This document shows positions 56,301 to 64,000 of a stretch of 64,000 bases of DNA, one piece after another. Source of the stretch: Nitrospirota bacterium (lineage in GTDB: Bacteria > Nitrospirota > UBA9217); the NCBI GenBank assembly GCA_963751455.1, contig CAVVUN010000012.1, forward strand, positions 544,001 through 608,000, in the 5' to 3' direction. The notes below the pieces were generated by a model that saw only the letters and a program-made list of their open reading frames with translations, was not told the DNA's origin and made no database searches. The stretch's first letter is position 1. The number at the start of each line of letters is the position of its first letter. Both the position numbers and the translations under genes were made by a program.

Positions 56301-57397
56301 AGGGCTCCGGCGATTGCGTCCGTTACCTTGTGGGCGCGCTTGTGAGGATCGTGGCAGGTAACGCATTCGAGCGAAGCATGCGCACCGTCCCCGTTTAGAC
56401 CAACCAGCTCGTTATACTGCTCGTGGTGCTGGACCGACTGGCTGGCGAGAGTGGCGCCGCCGTTATTCGAAGCGCCGTTTGTGAGTATCGCGGCAGCAGC
56501 ATCTCCGCCGCATTCGCCTCCGTACACTGGAGAGGCGGTGTTGGTCGACCTTACATGGCACTTGCCGCACATGTCTTTCGACGTATTCTTAACTATGTTG
56601 CCTGCGGATGGAGCATTCGCATGGGTCAGGCCGGCGCCGTGACACGCTTCGCACTGTACGCCGCTGAACGTCCATTCGCTGCGGAACCCTCCCGGAGCGA
56701 TAGTGGAAAGCCCGCTCGAGGCCCAGGGTTCGGTTCGTCCGCTCCCAAGGGCGGTCGAACAGTTGGCATCTATGGAACTCGTTCCATTCGTGTTATGGCA
56801 GATCGCGCAGGAATACGTCTTGGTAGCGCTGCCATAGGTTGAATAATCAGCCCTTACACCTGATGGGTCAAGGGCGGGATCAGCGGCCAGCATATTGAAC
56901 TGGGCGCCGGTTGGGCTGGCGACGCTGCTTGACCAGATATATCCGGTAGCAGTGCCGGGTGTGCTGCCGATGTCTTTTACACCCCATCTGGCCTTCCAGC
57001 CGTAGCCGCCGATCGCATACGAAACAGCAGCCCAGTCGAGCTTGCCGTCCGAATCGCCGTCGACTTTTGCGTCTGCTTCATTGTTCGGATTGTACAGATC
57101 GGTATAATTCGGCATATTCGGCGTAAGAAGCGCCGCAAGCGGGTCTGTAATTGTGGTTACGTTGTCTCCGCCCGATGCCACCGGGGTAAGACCCTTTGTA
57201 AACCTTACTTTGTAGGGATGGCCTGACTTGTCGAATTCTGCCTTGATCGTGGCGTGGCAGTCTCCGCACGATGACGAGCCGACATAGCCGCCGTCGATCC
57301 CTGTGTAGGCAAAAGCAACGCCTATCTGCACAAGGACAAAGGCGGACAGTGCCAAGGCAAGTATGGCAATCCGCATAATTAAGTTCTTTATATGCAT
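53306..57397 (-). CDS. Giant multiheme cytochrome c 'A' (21 CxxCH) with two PKD-like domains and a C-terminal CarboxypepD_reg-like domain
   Basis: Signal peptide ending AFA; two ~470-aa modules with 8 CxxCH each, then 5 more CxxCH; YSWNFGDG and IMWGDG PKD motifs; ISGLVT…TNSFGAYTF; AAGGAG RBS. Confidence 0.93.
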   Translation of the reverse strand: MHIKNLIMRIAILALALSAFVLVQIGVAFAYTGIDGGYVGSSSCGDCHATIKAEFDKSGHPYKVRFTKGLTPVASGGDNVTTITDPLAALLTPNMPNYTDLYNPNNEADAKVDGDSDGKLDWAAVSYAIGGYGWKARWGVKDIGSTPGTATGYIWSSSVASPTGAQFNMLAADPALDPSGVRADYSTYGSATKTYSCAICHNTNGTSSIDANCSTALGSGRTEPWASSGLSTIAPGGFRSEWTFSGVQCEACHGAGLTHANAPSAGNIVKNTSKDMCGKCHVRSTNTASPVYGGECGGDAAAAILTNGASNNGGATLASQSVQHHEQYNELVGLNGDGAHASLECVTCHDPHKRAHKVTDAIAGALGITDNASSGEARGAIRRSCTSCHYGKTSSGTYNSATIHAGLACSDCHMAEIVKSATQLTGSWGVKGDVKGHIFRIDPAATTMDRTNAGGKHIAANAMTVNFACGKCHDSAVGSAPALADASAATAVATNYHATLAGIDGGYMGTNVCGSCHTSQKADFDQSGHSYKVRFTKGLTPVTSGGDDISTITDPLSALLTPKMPLLSALYDPNSETNVKNGGSNLDWSVVSYVIGGYGWKARWGVKDTIDNTATGFIWSSSGGSTAGTGAQFNMLAADLTLDPADARSDYSSYGSAGKTYSCAICHNTNGTSSIDASCSTALGSGRTEPWASSELAYTAPGGFRSEWTFSGVQCEACHGAGATHATEASKTNITKNTSKDLCGKCHVRSTNTTGFGGECGGTGVIFTNGAINNGGTSIANQSVQHHEQYNELVGYNGDGAHAALECVTCHDPHKRAHKVTDDIAGALGITDNAQSGEARGAVVSCNECHATGTPNAAAGGADTKVSGLAFQMGSITCTDCHMAEIVKSATLQSGTWGAKGDVKGHIFAISPTGTTMHRTNAGGKNIAANYMTVNYACGKCHDSGITGHTTTTFDAAQAQTYAEGMHASLSSLNCTQCHPTQAHTTHTVVSTDNTTCTTCHTTTHKTIPSSATMSSCEGCHSQTMSTLSHSTTGTTTPQNCGSCHATAGVVPTISACESCHGTPVSSMVDLRFSQIHSGSLPRPAFSWTNDAVTPFKILFSGASSTNCSTYSWNFGDGSSATGITTDHTYALATSQTVTMTCGDASTSASVSKTVYPRAAAAPAITPAANVVTDGYHVTLTDTTVASGMTGTITIMWGDGQRSYIRMGGEADHLYRRARTYNVMMMLRTDTPGYRVQVSRAKIPVTIERLIISGLVTKPGGTTPFPGVIMTLKHNGNTLKKAVTNSFGAYTFRNVVPNVVLATYPTPTIYSDYTIEALKRTGRLVTVGTTTTREVYSWTPSTITTTVTTTTVTVNDFEAQPLP

Positions 57398-57947
57398 GTT
57401 GCATCTCCTTTTAGTTTTGTCTATTCAGCGGGTTTTTGCTCAATCACTTTACGGCCACATGGAATTATGAACCGTTATAAAGAATCTGGCTTTTTCAACG
57501 TGATGGCAGACTCTTCACCTCTATCCAGTGACGAAAACAGCAAAAGCCCGTCAGGATTTGTTGATAACTTCCAAACTTTGGAACTTCTTTTTGAGCTGCA
57601 CCTCCTGCGATTTGAATTAGCCTGCCACACTGCTAACTCACGTGGATCGGGGGAGAGCCACGTGAAGTGGGGGATTAAATTTTTCAGCTATGCAATGAAT
57701 AAGCTGATAAGACGGTCTCAACTATATGCTTGAAATAAAAGCATTTCTAGTTAATTTATCTTCTTTTTTCAATGGGTTTTGTGAAGTAAAATTCACATGG
57801 TTTTTCGGCTAAATTTTGTGGGAATGGAAGCTGGGAGAGAAAGATACGGGGTGAAAAGGAAAACGTTTAAGGAAGTCTTATTTCAGCAAATACTTTGCCG
57901 CAGAAAGAATAACACAGGGACAAAAAGACTTCATTTTTTTCGGCGTA

Positions 57948-58126
57948 TCCTAAAAAAAGCATTTGGGACGCAGAAAAATCGGATAAACGCAGATAAGGTC
58001 GGATAAAAAAACGTTCCTGTATCGTAAAAGCAGTCACCTTGCGGGTGAATTTTTTTCTCTAAAAATTCTTTTGTTTTGATCTGCGGTTATCTGCGTTCAT
58101 CTGCGTCCAACTGCCGTTTTCAGGTT
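57948..58126. repeat. Periodic-arm palindromic element
   Basis: GGACGCAGAAAAATCGGATAAACGCAGATAA…ATCTGCGGTTATCTGCGTTCATCTGCGTCC. Confidence 0.65.
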
Positions 58127-58231
58127 TATGCGCTTTATGTGCATTTTGTGGAAGGCTTTATCCTGATTAGGAGGTCGAGACGAAGCAATCGGTTTAAAAG
58201 ACGGAAATGCCTCCCTTTAGAAAAGGGAGGT

Positions 58232-58442
58232 TAGTGTAGTGTCTCTTAAATAGACGGTGTTATGATGATTTCATCGAAAACTTATCTTCGCATAAATATT
58301 TGCTGATGAATTTGTAGGGCGACCCTTTAGGGTTGCTGCTGTTCCGGCGCTTTCAGCAAGGCTAAAGCCTTGCCCTACAAGTTTGGCTGCGGCCTACTGC
58401 TGCGCTATGATAACACCAGTCGTTTGTGAGACACTACACTAG
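58232..58442. mobile_element. MITE family D with GTAG-REP doublet
   Basis: TIRs as at 45605-45813; internal GTAGGGCGACCCTTTAGGGTTGC…GCAAGGCTAAAGCCTTGCCCTAC (58314-58378). Confidence 0.85.
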
Positions 58443-58479
58443 GAGGGATTTTTTATATTTATAAAAAATATCTACATTA

Positions 58480-59211
58480 TCAAGGCTTTATAATTTCTAT
58501 GCGGGCATCTTTTTTCAGCTCCTTTTCCCACTCCCGCATTCTCTTTTCCGCTGCTTCATCCCGAAGCTTCTGCTCAAGAACAGGTTTTGCCTGTTCAAAA
58601 GTAATTTTCCGGTGCGCAGCATCTTTCGGGCCCGTTTTTTCACGTTTATACCGGTCTTTGACTGCCGCTTCAGCGATCTTTATCTTCGCGTCGACTTCCT
58701 TAGTTGCGATCATCTCGAAAAGAGCCTCTTTCTCGATCGCCTTGCGAAGTTCATCTTCAGTAAAGCCGTTGCCGTCCAGATAGTTTTGAAAATCAGCCGG
58801 GGACCCGGTCTCCGCCTTTATTTTCTTTATCGCAGAGTCAATGTCCTCCTGCTTCATTTTGAGGCCGCGTTTCGTCGCTTCCTGCACCGCAAGTTCCTGG
58901 GTAATCAGGGTGTTGAGGGCGTCTTTCCTGATCTTCGCCCGCAGGTCGGTTGTCGGCCGGCTGCCGGCGTTCAGATATCCCTCGGTCACAATATTCATTT
59001 CACGCAGCAGAGCGAATTCTGTTATCGTCTCTCCGTTTACCCTTGCCGCGACCACCTTCTTCGATTCATCGAAGCTTTTTTTGATCATCTGCTTCTCATG
59101 CGCTTCCGGGGCCGCCTTTATGCGCTCTGATTCCGACTTTTTGCACCCTGACAGAATTACCACGATGACAAATAAAACAATACTAAGTATTGTTACAGTG
59201 CTTCTTATCAT
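58480..59211 (-). CDS. SurA/PrsA N-terminal-domain chaperone lipoprotein lacking the parvulin domain
   Basis: LSGC lipobox; AARVNGETIT, ALNTLITQELAVQEA.KRG, F..YL…G.TE.EL, FEQAK..L, ELKKDARIEI. Confidence 0.85.
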   Translation of the reverse strand: MIRSTVTILSIVLFVIVVILSGCKKSESERIKAAPEAHEKQMIKKSFDESKKVVAARVNGETITEFALLREMNIVTEGYLNAGSRPTTDLRAKIRKDALNTLITQELAVQEATKRGLKMKQEDIDSAIKKIKAETGSPADFQNYLDGNGFTEDELRKAIEKEALFEMIATKEVDAKIKIAEAAVKDRYKREKTGPKDAAHRKITFEQAKPVLEQKLRDEAAEKRMREWEKELKKDARIEIIKP

Positions 59212-59312
59212 ACTGCCTCCTGCCGCGAAAACTTGGGGATATTGATTTCAAATGCCCCTTCAAAATTGAAAACACAAACCCTATTTTAGCAGCTGTTCAT
59301 TCCAAATACCAG

Positions 59313-59349
59313 AAAAAAACAGGCAGTCCCGAACGCGGGACTGCCTGTT
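59313..59349 (-). terminator. Intrinsic terminator of cytochrome B
   Basis: AACAGGCAGTCCCG-AACG-CGGGACTGCCTGTT perfect stem with U-tract on the minus strand. Confidence 0.8.
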
Positions 59350-59377
59350 GATCAGATGAAGCTAATACTGCTTACGG

Positions 59378-62300
59378 TTAAGGCTCGGCCACAAAGTCGC
59401 TGACAGTTACGCTGGTAGTCGTAACCGTTGTCGTGATGGTTGAAGGAAGCCAGCTATAAACCTCTCGTGTTGTAGTCGTTCCGTCGCTGACCAGTCTGCC
59501 GGTCCTCTTCAATGCCTCGATCGTATAATCAGAGTATGTCGTCGGTGTCGGATACGTCTCCAATACCACGTTCGGCACTACGTTTCTGAACGTGTATGCA
59601 CCGAAGGAGTTGGTAACCGCCTTCTTCAAGGTATTACCGTTGTGCTTCAGGGTCATGATCACGCCCGGGAACGGGGTAGTGCCGCCTGGCTTGGTTACGA
59701 GGCCGGATATGATCAAACGCTCGATCGTAACCGGTATCTTAGCCCTGGAGGCCTCTACCCTGTATCCGGGGGTGTCGGTTCTTAGCATCATCATGACATT
59801 GTACGTTCTCGCTCTGCGGTACAGATGGTCGGCTTCGCCGCCCATTCGTATGTAGCTGCGCTGACCGTCGCCCCACATGATTGTTATTGTCCCTGTCATG
59901 CCCGAAGCCACAGTCGTATCCGTTAAGGTTACGTGGTATCCGTCTGTGACTACGTTTGCAGCCGGGGTAATAGCGGGAGCCGCTGCTTCTCTCGGCCAGA
60001 CCGCTTTGGATATGGAGGCGTACGATGACCCGTCGGCGCAGGTCAGCGTTACGGTTTGGGCAGTCTTGAGCGCATACGTATGATTCGTGGTCATGCCGCT
60101 CCCGCCCGTACCATCGCCGAAGTTCCATTCGTAGCTGGTGCAGTGCGTTGATGCTGCCGCGCTAAACAGGATGTTGAGCGGTGTTGTAGCGCTGTTCGAC
60201 CAGGTGAAATTCGGCCTCGGCAGTGATCCGTTGTGGATTGCGCTGAACCGATTGGCTACAAACGGATCGTCTGGCGTGTGACACGCATTGCACGCTGTGA
60301 GTATTGTAGGAACGCTGCCGGCTGACGCATGGCAGGTGCCGCAATTCTGAGGCGTGCTGGGCGTCTGAGCATGGCTCAGATTCGACATCGTCTGAGCATG
60401 GCATGTCTCGCAGGAGACGCTCATTTCCGCCGATGTGGGTATTACGCCGGCATGAGCATGGCATGTCTCGCAATTGGCTCCGTCTGTGAAGTTGACACTA
60501 TGGGTAACGTGGCTTGTTGTACTGGGGCCGGTTGGTTCACCAGCAGTATGGCAGCCAGTGCAATTTACCCAGGTTACAGGCGGCCAGAGAGCAATGTCAG
60601 TAACGCCAGGCGCTCCAGGCTGGCCTGCAACGTGGCAGGTCATGCATATGTTCGAGCTGGCTGTGGCACCCGGGCCTGCATGGTGGTTCTTGGTAGTACC
60701 TGACTGAACAACACTATGGCAAGCCTGACAGCTGCTGTCCTTGCCTGCGCTGACGCTATCCTGCACAACTTCAGTAGCAGGATCATCATAAGGCAAGCCG
60801 CCGCCTGCTCCATGACAGTACAGGCAACTTGCAACGCTTCTTGCAGTCGTGGTGCCTGAGCCTCTGTGATGATTGTCACCCGTGCCCGATACGATAAGGG
60901 CGCGGCTTGTGCCTTGTGCAGTAGCATGGCACGTCTGACAATAAGCTACTACGCTGTCACGGCTGTTCGTAGCAAGCGCCGGTACAGTCGGACGCACTCC
61001 TGCATGAGCATGGCACTCTTCGCAGGTTACGCCAGTGGCTACGACATGGTGCGTCGTTGCAGGTCCGTTGGGTCCGCCGCTGCTGTGACAAGCTGTGCAA
61101 TCTACCCAGGTGGCCGGCGGCCAAACTGTTGAATCGGTAACGCCAGGTGCGCCAGGACCTCTGCCATCAGCTTGCGTCGTATTATGGCATGCAAAACACA
61201 GGATGCCGTTTACAGGTGTAAGACCTTCGCCTGTATGGTGCGTTCCGCTCGCTGCCTGTGAAGAGGCATGGCATGAGCCGCTGCAGGAACCAGGTGCAAC
61301 AGCATCCACTATAACTTCGGTGCTGGCCGTGCCGAACGGTACGCCGCCCATATGACCATGGCAGTACAAGCAGCTTGCCACGCTGCGGGCCGTGGAAGTG
61401 CCGCTGCCTCTGTGATGGTTGTCACCCGTGCCGGATACGACAATCGCACGAGATGAACCCTGGGTAGTAGCATGGCACTGCTGGCAGGACGTAACAACGC
61501 TGTCTCTGCTGTTCGCGTCCATTGCCACCGTCGCGGTGCCGACGCCGGCGCCGTAGGTGCCGCTCCATGAACCATCTGCATGGTGACAGGTCAAGCAATC
61601 GCCAGCATGATGGTCCTGAGTCGAGCCGGACTGAATAACTTCATGACATCCCAGGCAGAGTCCGGTTGTATTGACCCTGCCATTCTGGGCTGCCACAACA
61701 GATGTAGGAAGACCGGAGGCAACTATCTTTACGGTATATCCTGTTGCATTATCGCCGCTGACAATAGCTCCCTTTCCATGGCAGCCGACGCAGGCCATAC
61801 CGGGGTCGTTGTCTCCCCGTGAGCCGTTTGCCTCGGAGACACCGCCAAAATTGGTGCCCGGCACTGAACTATGTCCGCCGTGGTGATTGTCACCCGCGCC
61901 GGAATTTATAATCGTACCGGTCATGCCGCCGGCCAGTTTGGGCTGCGGTGTTGAGTGGCAGCTCAGACAGCCAGTGCGCAGTGAGGTATCGATAGACCAG
62001 TACGGCAACGGATTGTGTGACCCTGCTGGTTTGAGAGTCGTGGTAAGGGTCGGCGCCGTCATGGCGTTAATCGCAAGATACGCGCCGCCTTCCTCATGGC
62101 AGGTTGTGCAAGTGCCGTTGTGGTGGTCCGTGCCCTGAACGACTGCACGCACCGTGCCGCCGGCTGTGGTAGCCCACGTGGCGTTATGGCAGCTCATGCA
62201 GGCTGTATTGCTGTAATCGGTCGGTGCAACACCAGGAGTGTGGCAACCGTTGCAATGCAAACTGGCAGCTGCAATCGCTGCAGTTACATGGTGATGCGCA

Positions 62301-64000
62301 TGTGTTCCGGTATTGCCGTGGCAGCCGAGGCAATACGAGTTGTCGGATGCATCCGGCTTAGCTGTGCTGTGGTTCTGAGCATGGCATCCGACGCACGTTG
62401 AATGAACGCCGTGATGGTTCGTGCCCGGTACAATTGAAGTATGGCAGGTCAAGCAGTCGCTGTTCGCGCGGCCGACCGTTGTCGTCGCGGCGCTGTGCAT
62501 AGCGGTCGCTGCCACTGCCATCTGTTCCTTGGTAAAGTCGGCTGCGGTAGCGCCGTCGTGGCACTGGCCGCAAGCCAGGTCGAGGTCGACCCAGATAGCC
62601 GGTGTATACGTGCCGTCAGCCGCGGTATTGGCAGGCTGTGTTGCAGTGCCCGTCATGGTGGAATATGCCGGGTTAACGTTGATTCTCATGAAGTGCAACG
62701 CTTGAGGCATATGGCATATTTCGCAGGACAACCACGGTTCGGTGCCCGCGTTCTCAAGAGGTGTGCCGGTACCCGTCGGGTGGTTGATCATCGCAACTTC
62801 TACCTGCGGCGTCACACCGTCGTCCGTCGTATGGCATGTCGTACATTCGTTCTCGAACGGCTCCTGACCTTCGACGGCCAGGCTGTTATGAATATTATGA
62901 CATCCAAGGCAGCCGGGTTTGTCCAAGCCACCAGCTGTGGTCGGCGTCATAAAGGTACTGGCATAATTCGCCATATTGGTGATTTGACCGTACGTACCCG
63001 AGAATTTGCCATGCGGGCTGTTCAGGAATACGTTCATGTAGTTGTGGCTGATGGCCGGTGAAGGCGCCACATGATTCAGGCCGGCGATGACCGTCTCAGC
63101 GTGGTCGCCGAAGCCTTTATCCCAGGCGGTGCCGTTGTTCGAGCCTACCCATGTATAGGGCAGTCCGCCGGTTTCCTGTCTGTGGCATTCACCGCAGAGC
63201 CTGACTATGCCGGCTCCGTCAGCAGGATTTTGCGCATGAACGGATAACAGCATGGCGTCCGTCCCGGCCAAATCCGGGTTCCACTTTACTCTTTCCGCAT
63301 CAAATCCAGTACAATACGGGCTGCCGTGGCTTGGAACAAGCCACCTGTATCCGGCAGTGGTACAAGCCGATTCAGTAGTTAAACCGGCGGTCTCGGGAAC
63401 AGAAGCCGAGTTATGGCACCGGGAGCACTGAATGCCCCACTGGTCCCACGACGCGTAGTTGCCGGAATAACCGGTAACGCCGAGGGCCAGTTTCAGTTGT
63501 CCATTGCCCGATCCGATCTGAGTGGAGAGGCTCGGGAATGATACAAACGGTTCCTTTGACATGTTGGCCGAGCTGTCGATTGACGTACCAGTGGCATGGC
63601 AGCGGCTGCAGGTGTATGCCATGTTCTTCTCAGGAGCCAGATACATCGATGTCGGAGTTGGTGCAATCCAGTCGCCGTAGATCCACAAAAGATTATAGAC
63701 CGTCCCGGTCGGGCTGGTGATGGTACCATTTGTCCAGTTGTAGGTATTGGTGCCGTCAGTTGTGTAGGCTAAACCATCAGGCCCAAGCTGGGTCTGATTA
63801 ACCGTGACCTTCCGCAGCATGTTCTTGTGGCCGTTCTGCATGAAGGATGATGTATTGGCGCCAGCTGAGGTGCCTTCCATGCGGCCTGCGTTGTGGCAGT
63901 GCAGGCAGCCTTCTCTGTCGCCCGCTGCACTGTTGGCACCCGAGTTCGCTACATAATTAGTGTTGTAGACCCACTCGCCGGTGCACGTGGTGCCCGACAC
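59378..64000 (-). CDS. Giant multiheme cytochrome c 'B', 5'-truncated by the window edge (32 CxxCH + 1 CX3CH in the visible 1540 aa), with PKD/CarboxypepD_reg-like tail
   Basis: Frame is open to the window edge; dense CxxCH and DNHH/HH distal-ligand motifs; tail nearly identical to cytochrome A. Confidence 0.93.
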   Translation of the reverse strand: MSGTTCTGEWVYNTNYVANSGANSAAGDREGCLHCHNAGRMEGTSAGANTSSFMQNGHKNMLRKVTVNQTQLGPDGLAYTTDGTNTYNWTNGTITSPTGTVYNLLWIYGDWIAPTPTSMYLAPEKNMAYTCSRCHATGTSIDSSANMSKEPFVSFPSLSTQIGSGNGQLKLALGVTGYSGNYASWDQWGIQCSRCHNSASVPETAGLTTESACTTAGYRWLVPSHGSPYCTGFDAERVKWNPDLAGTDAMLLSVHAQNPADGAGIVRLCGECHRQETGGLPYTWVGSNNGTAWDKGFGDHAETVIAGLNHVAPSPAISHNYMNVFLNSPHGKFSGTYGQITNMANYASTFMTPTTAGGLDKPGCLGCHNIHNSLAVEGQEPFENECTTCHTTDDGVTPQVEVAMINHPTGTGTPLENAGTEPWLSCEICHMPQALHFMRINVNPAYSTMTGTATQPANTAADGTYTPAIWVDLDLACGQCHDGATAADFTKEQMAVAATAMHSAATTTVGRANSDCLTCHTSIVPGTNHHGVHSTCVGCHAQNHSTAKPDASDNSYCLGCHGNTGTHAHHHVTAAIAAASLHCNGCHTPGVAPTDYSNTACMSCHNATWATTAGGTVRAVVQGTDHHNGTCTTCHEEGGAYLAINAMTAPTLTTTLKPAGSHNPLPYWSIDTSLRTGCLSCHSTPQPKLAGGMTGTIINSGAGDNHHGGHSSVPGTNFGGVSEANGSRGDNDPGMACVGCHGKGAIVSGDNATGYTVKIVASGLPTSVVAAQNGRVNTTGLCLGCHEVIQSGSTQDHHAGDCLTCHHADGSWSGTYGAGVGTATVAMDANSRDSVVTSCQQCHATTQGSSRAIVVSGTGDNHHRGSGTSTARSVASCLYCHGHMGGVPFGTASTEVIVDAVAPGSCSGSCHASSQAASGTHHTGEGLTPVNGILCFACHNTTQADGRGPGAPGVTDSTVWPPATWVDCTACHSSGGPNGPATTHHVVATGVTCEECHAHAGVRPTVPALATNSRDSVVAYCQTCHATAQGTSRALIVSGTGDNHHRGSGTTTARSVASCLYCHGAGGGLPYDDPATEVVQDSVSAGKDSSCQACHSVVQSGTTKNHHAGPGATASSNICMTCHVAGQPGAPGVTDIALWPPVTWVNCTGCHTAGEPTGPSTTSHVTHSVNFTDGANCETCHAHAGVIPTSAEMSVSCETCHAQTMSNLSHAQTPSTPQNCGTCHASAGSVPTILTACNACHTPDDPFVANRFSAIHNGSLPRPNFTWSNSATTPLNILFSAAASTHCTSYEWNFGDGTGGSGMTTNHTYALKTAQTVTLTCADGSSYASISKAVWPREAAAPAITPAANVVTDGYHVTLTDTTVASGMTGTITIMWGDGQRSYIRMGGEADHLYRRARTYNVMMMLRTDTPGYRVEASRAKIPVTIERLIISGLVTKPGGTTPFPGVIMTLKHNGNTLKKAVTNSFGAYTFRNVVPNVVLETYPTPTTYSDYTIEALKRTGRLVSDGTTTTREVYSWLPSTITTTVTTTSVTVSDFVAEP

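Noticed and set aside
53335-59980. Diversity-generating retroelement (TR/VR pair) as explanation for the near-identical cytochrome tails
   Set aside because: Substitutions are not adenine-specific, both copies are coding, and no reverse transcriptase is in the window.

Overview
Bacterial window, most likely an anaerobic diderm of the Nitrospirota/Desulfobacterota type (inferred from gene content only). It has four parts. (1) 1-16.8 kb, minus strand: an envelope operon reading Pal paralogue -> 2247-aa DUF11/isopeptide-repeat surface protein -> 1702-aa multi-OmpA-domain protein with a very large C-terminal beta-barrel -> 174-aa exported protein -> two TPR proteins (the last runs off the window edge). 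It is preceded by two tandem GEMM-I riboswitches. Both carry A at the position equivalent to Vc2 G20 (the 3',3'-cGAMP signature) and each has its own terminator. (2) 17-35 kb: mixed housekeeping and envelope genes (ABC-F, LTA-synthase-like protein, Ig-repeat/barrel protein, porin, PAP2, ppnP, PRTase, ettA, HD-GYP, kinase, Lrp domain, USP). (3) 35-45 kb: aconitase, citrate synthase, succinate-semialdehyde dehydrogenase and a ThDP 'acetolactate synthase'-like enzyme, which suggests a 2-oxoglutarate decarboxylase/SSA TCA bypass. (4) 45.8-64 kb: an extracellular-electron-transfer-like island with a 15-heme cytochrome, a CFI-box-CTERM protein plus partner barrel, and two giant multiheme cytochromes (21 and at least 33 heme motifs) sharing a nearly identical heme-free C-terminal tail, with a SurA-like chaperone between them. 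Intergenic regions are crowded with several MITE/REP-like families, including a roughly 950-bp nested stack and an element inserted in frame into a lipoprotein signal peptide. I saw no rRNA, tRNA, CRISPR array or transposase gene. All family assignments come from reading motifs by eye; no searches were run.
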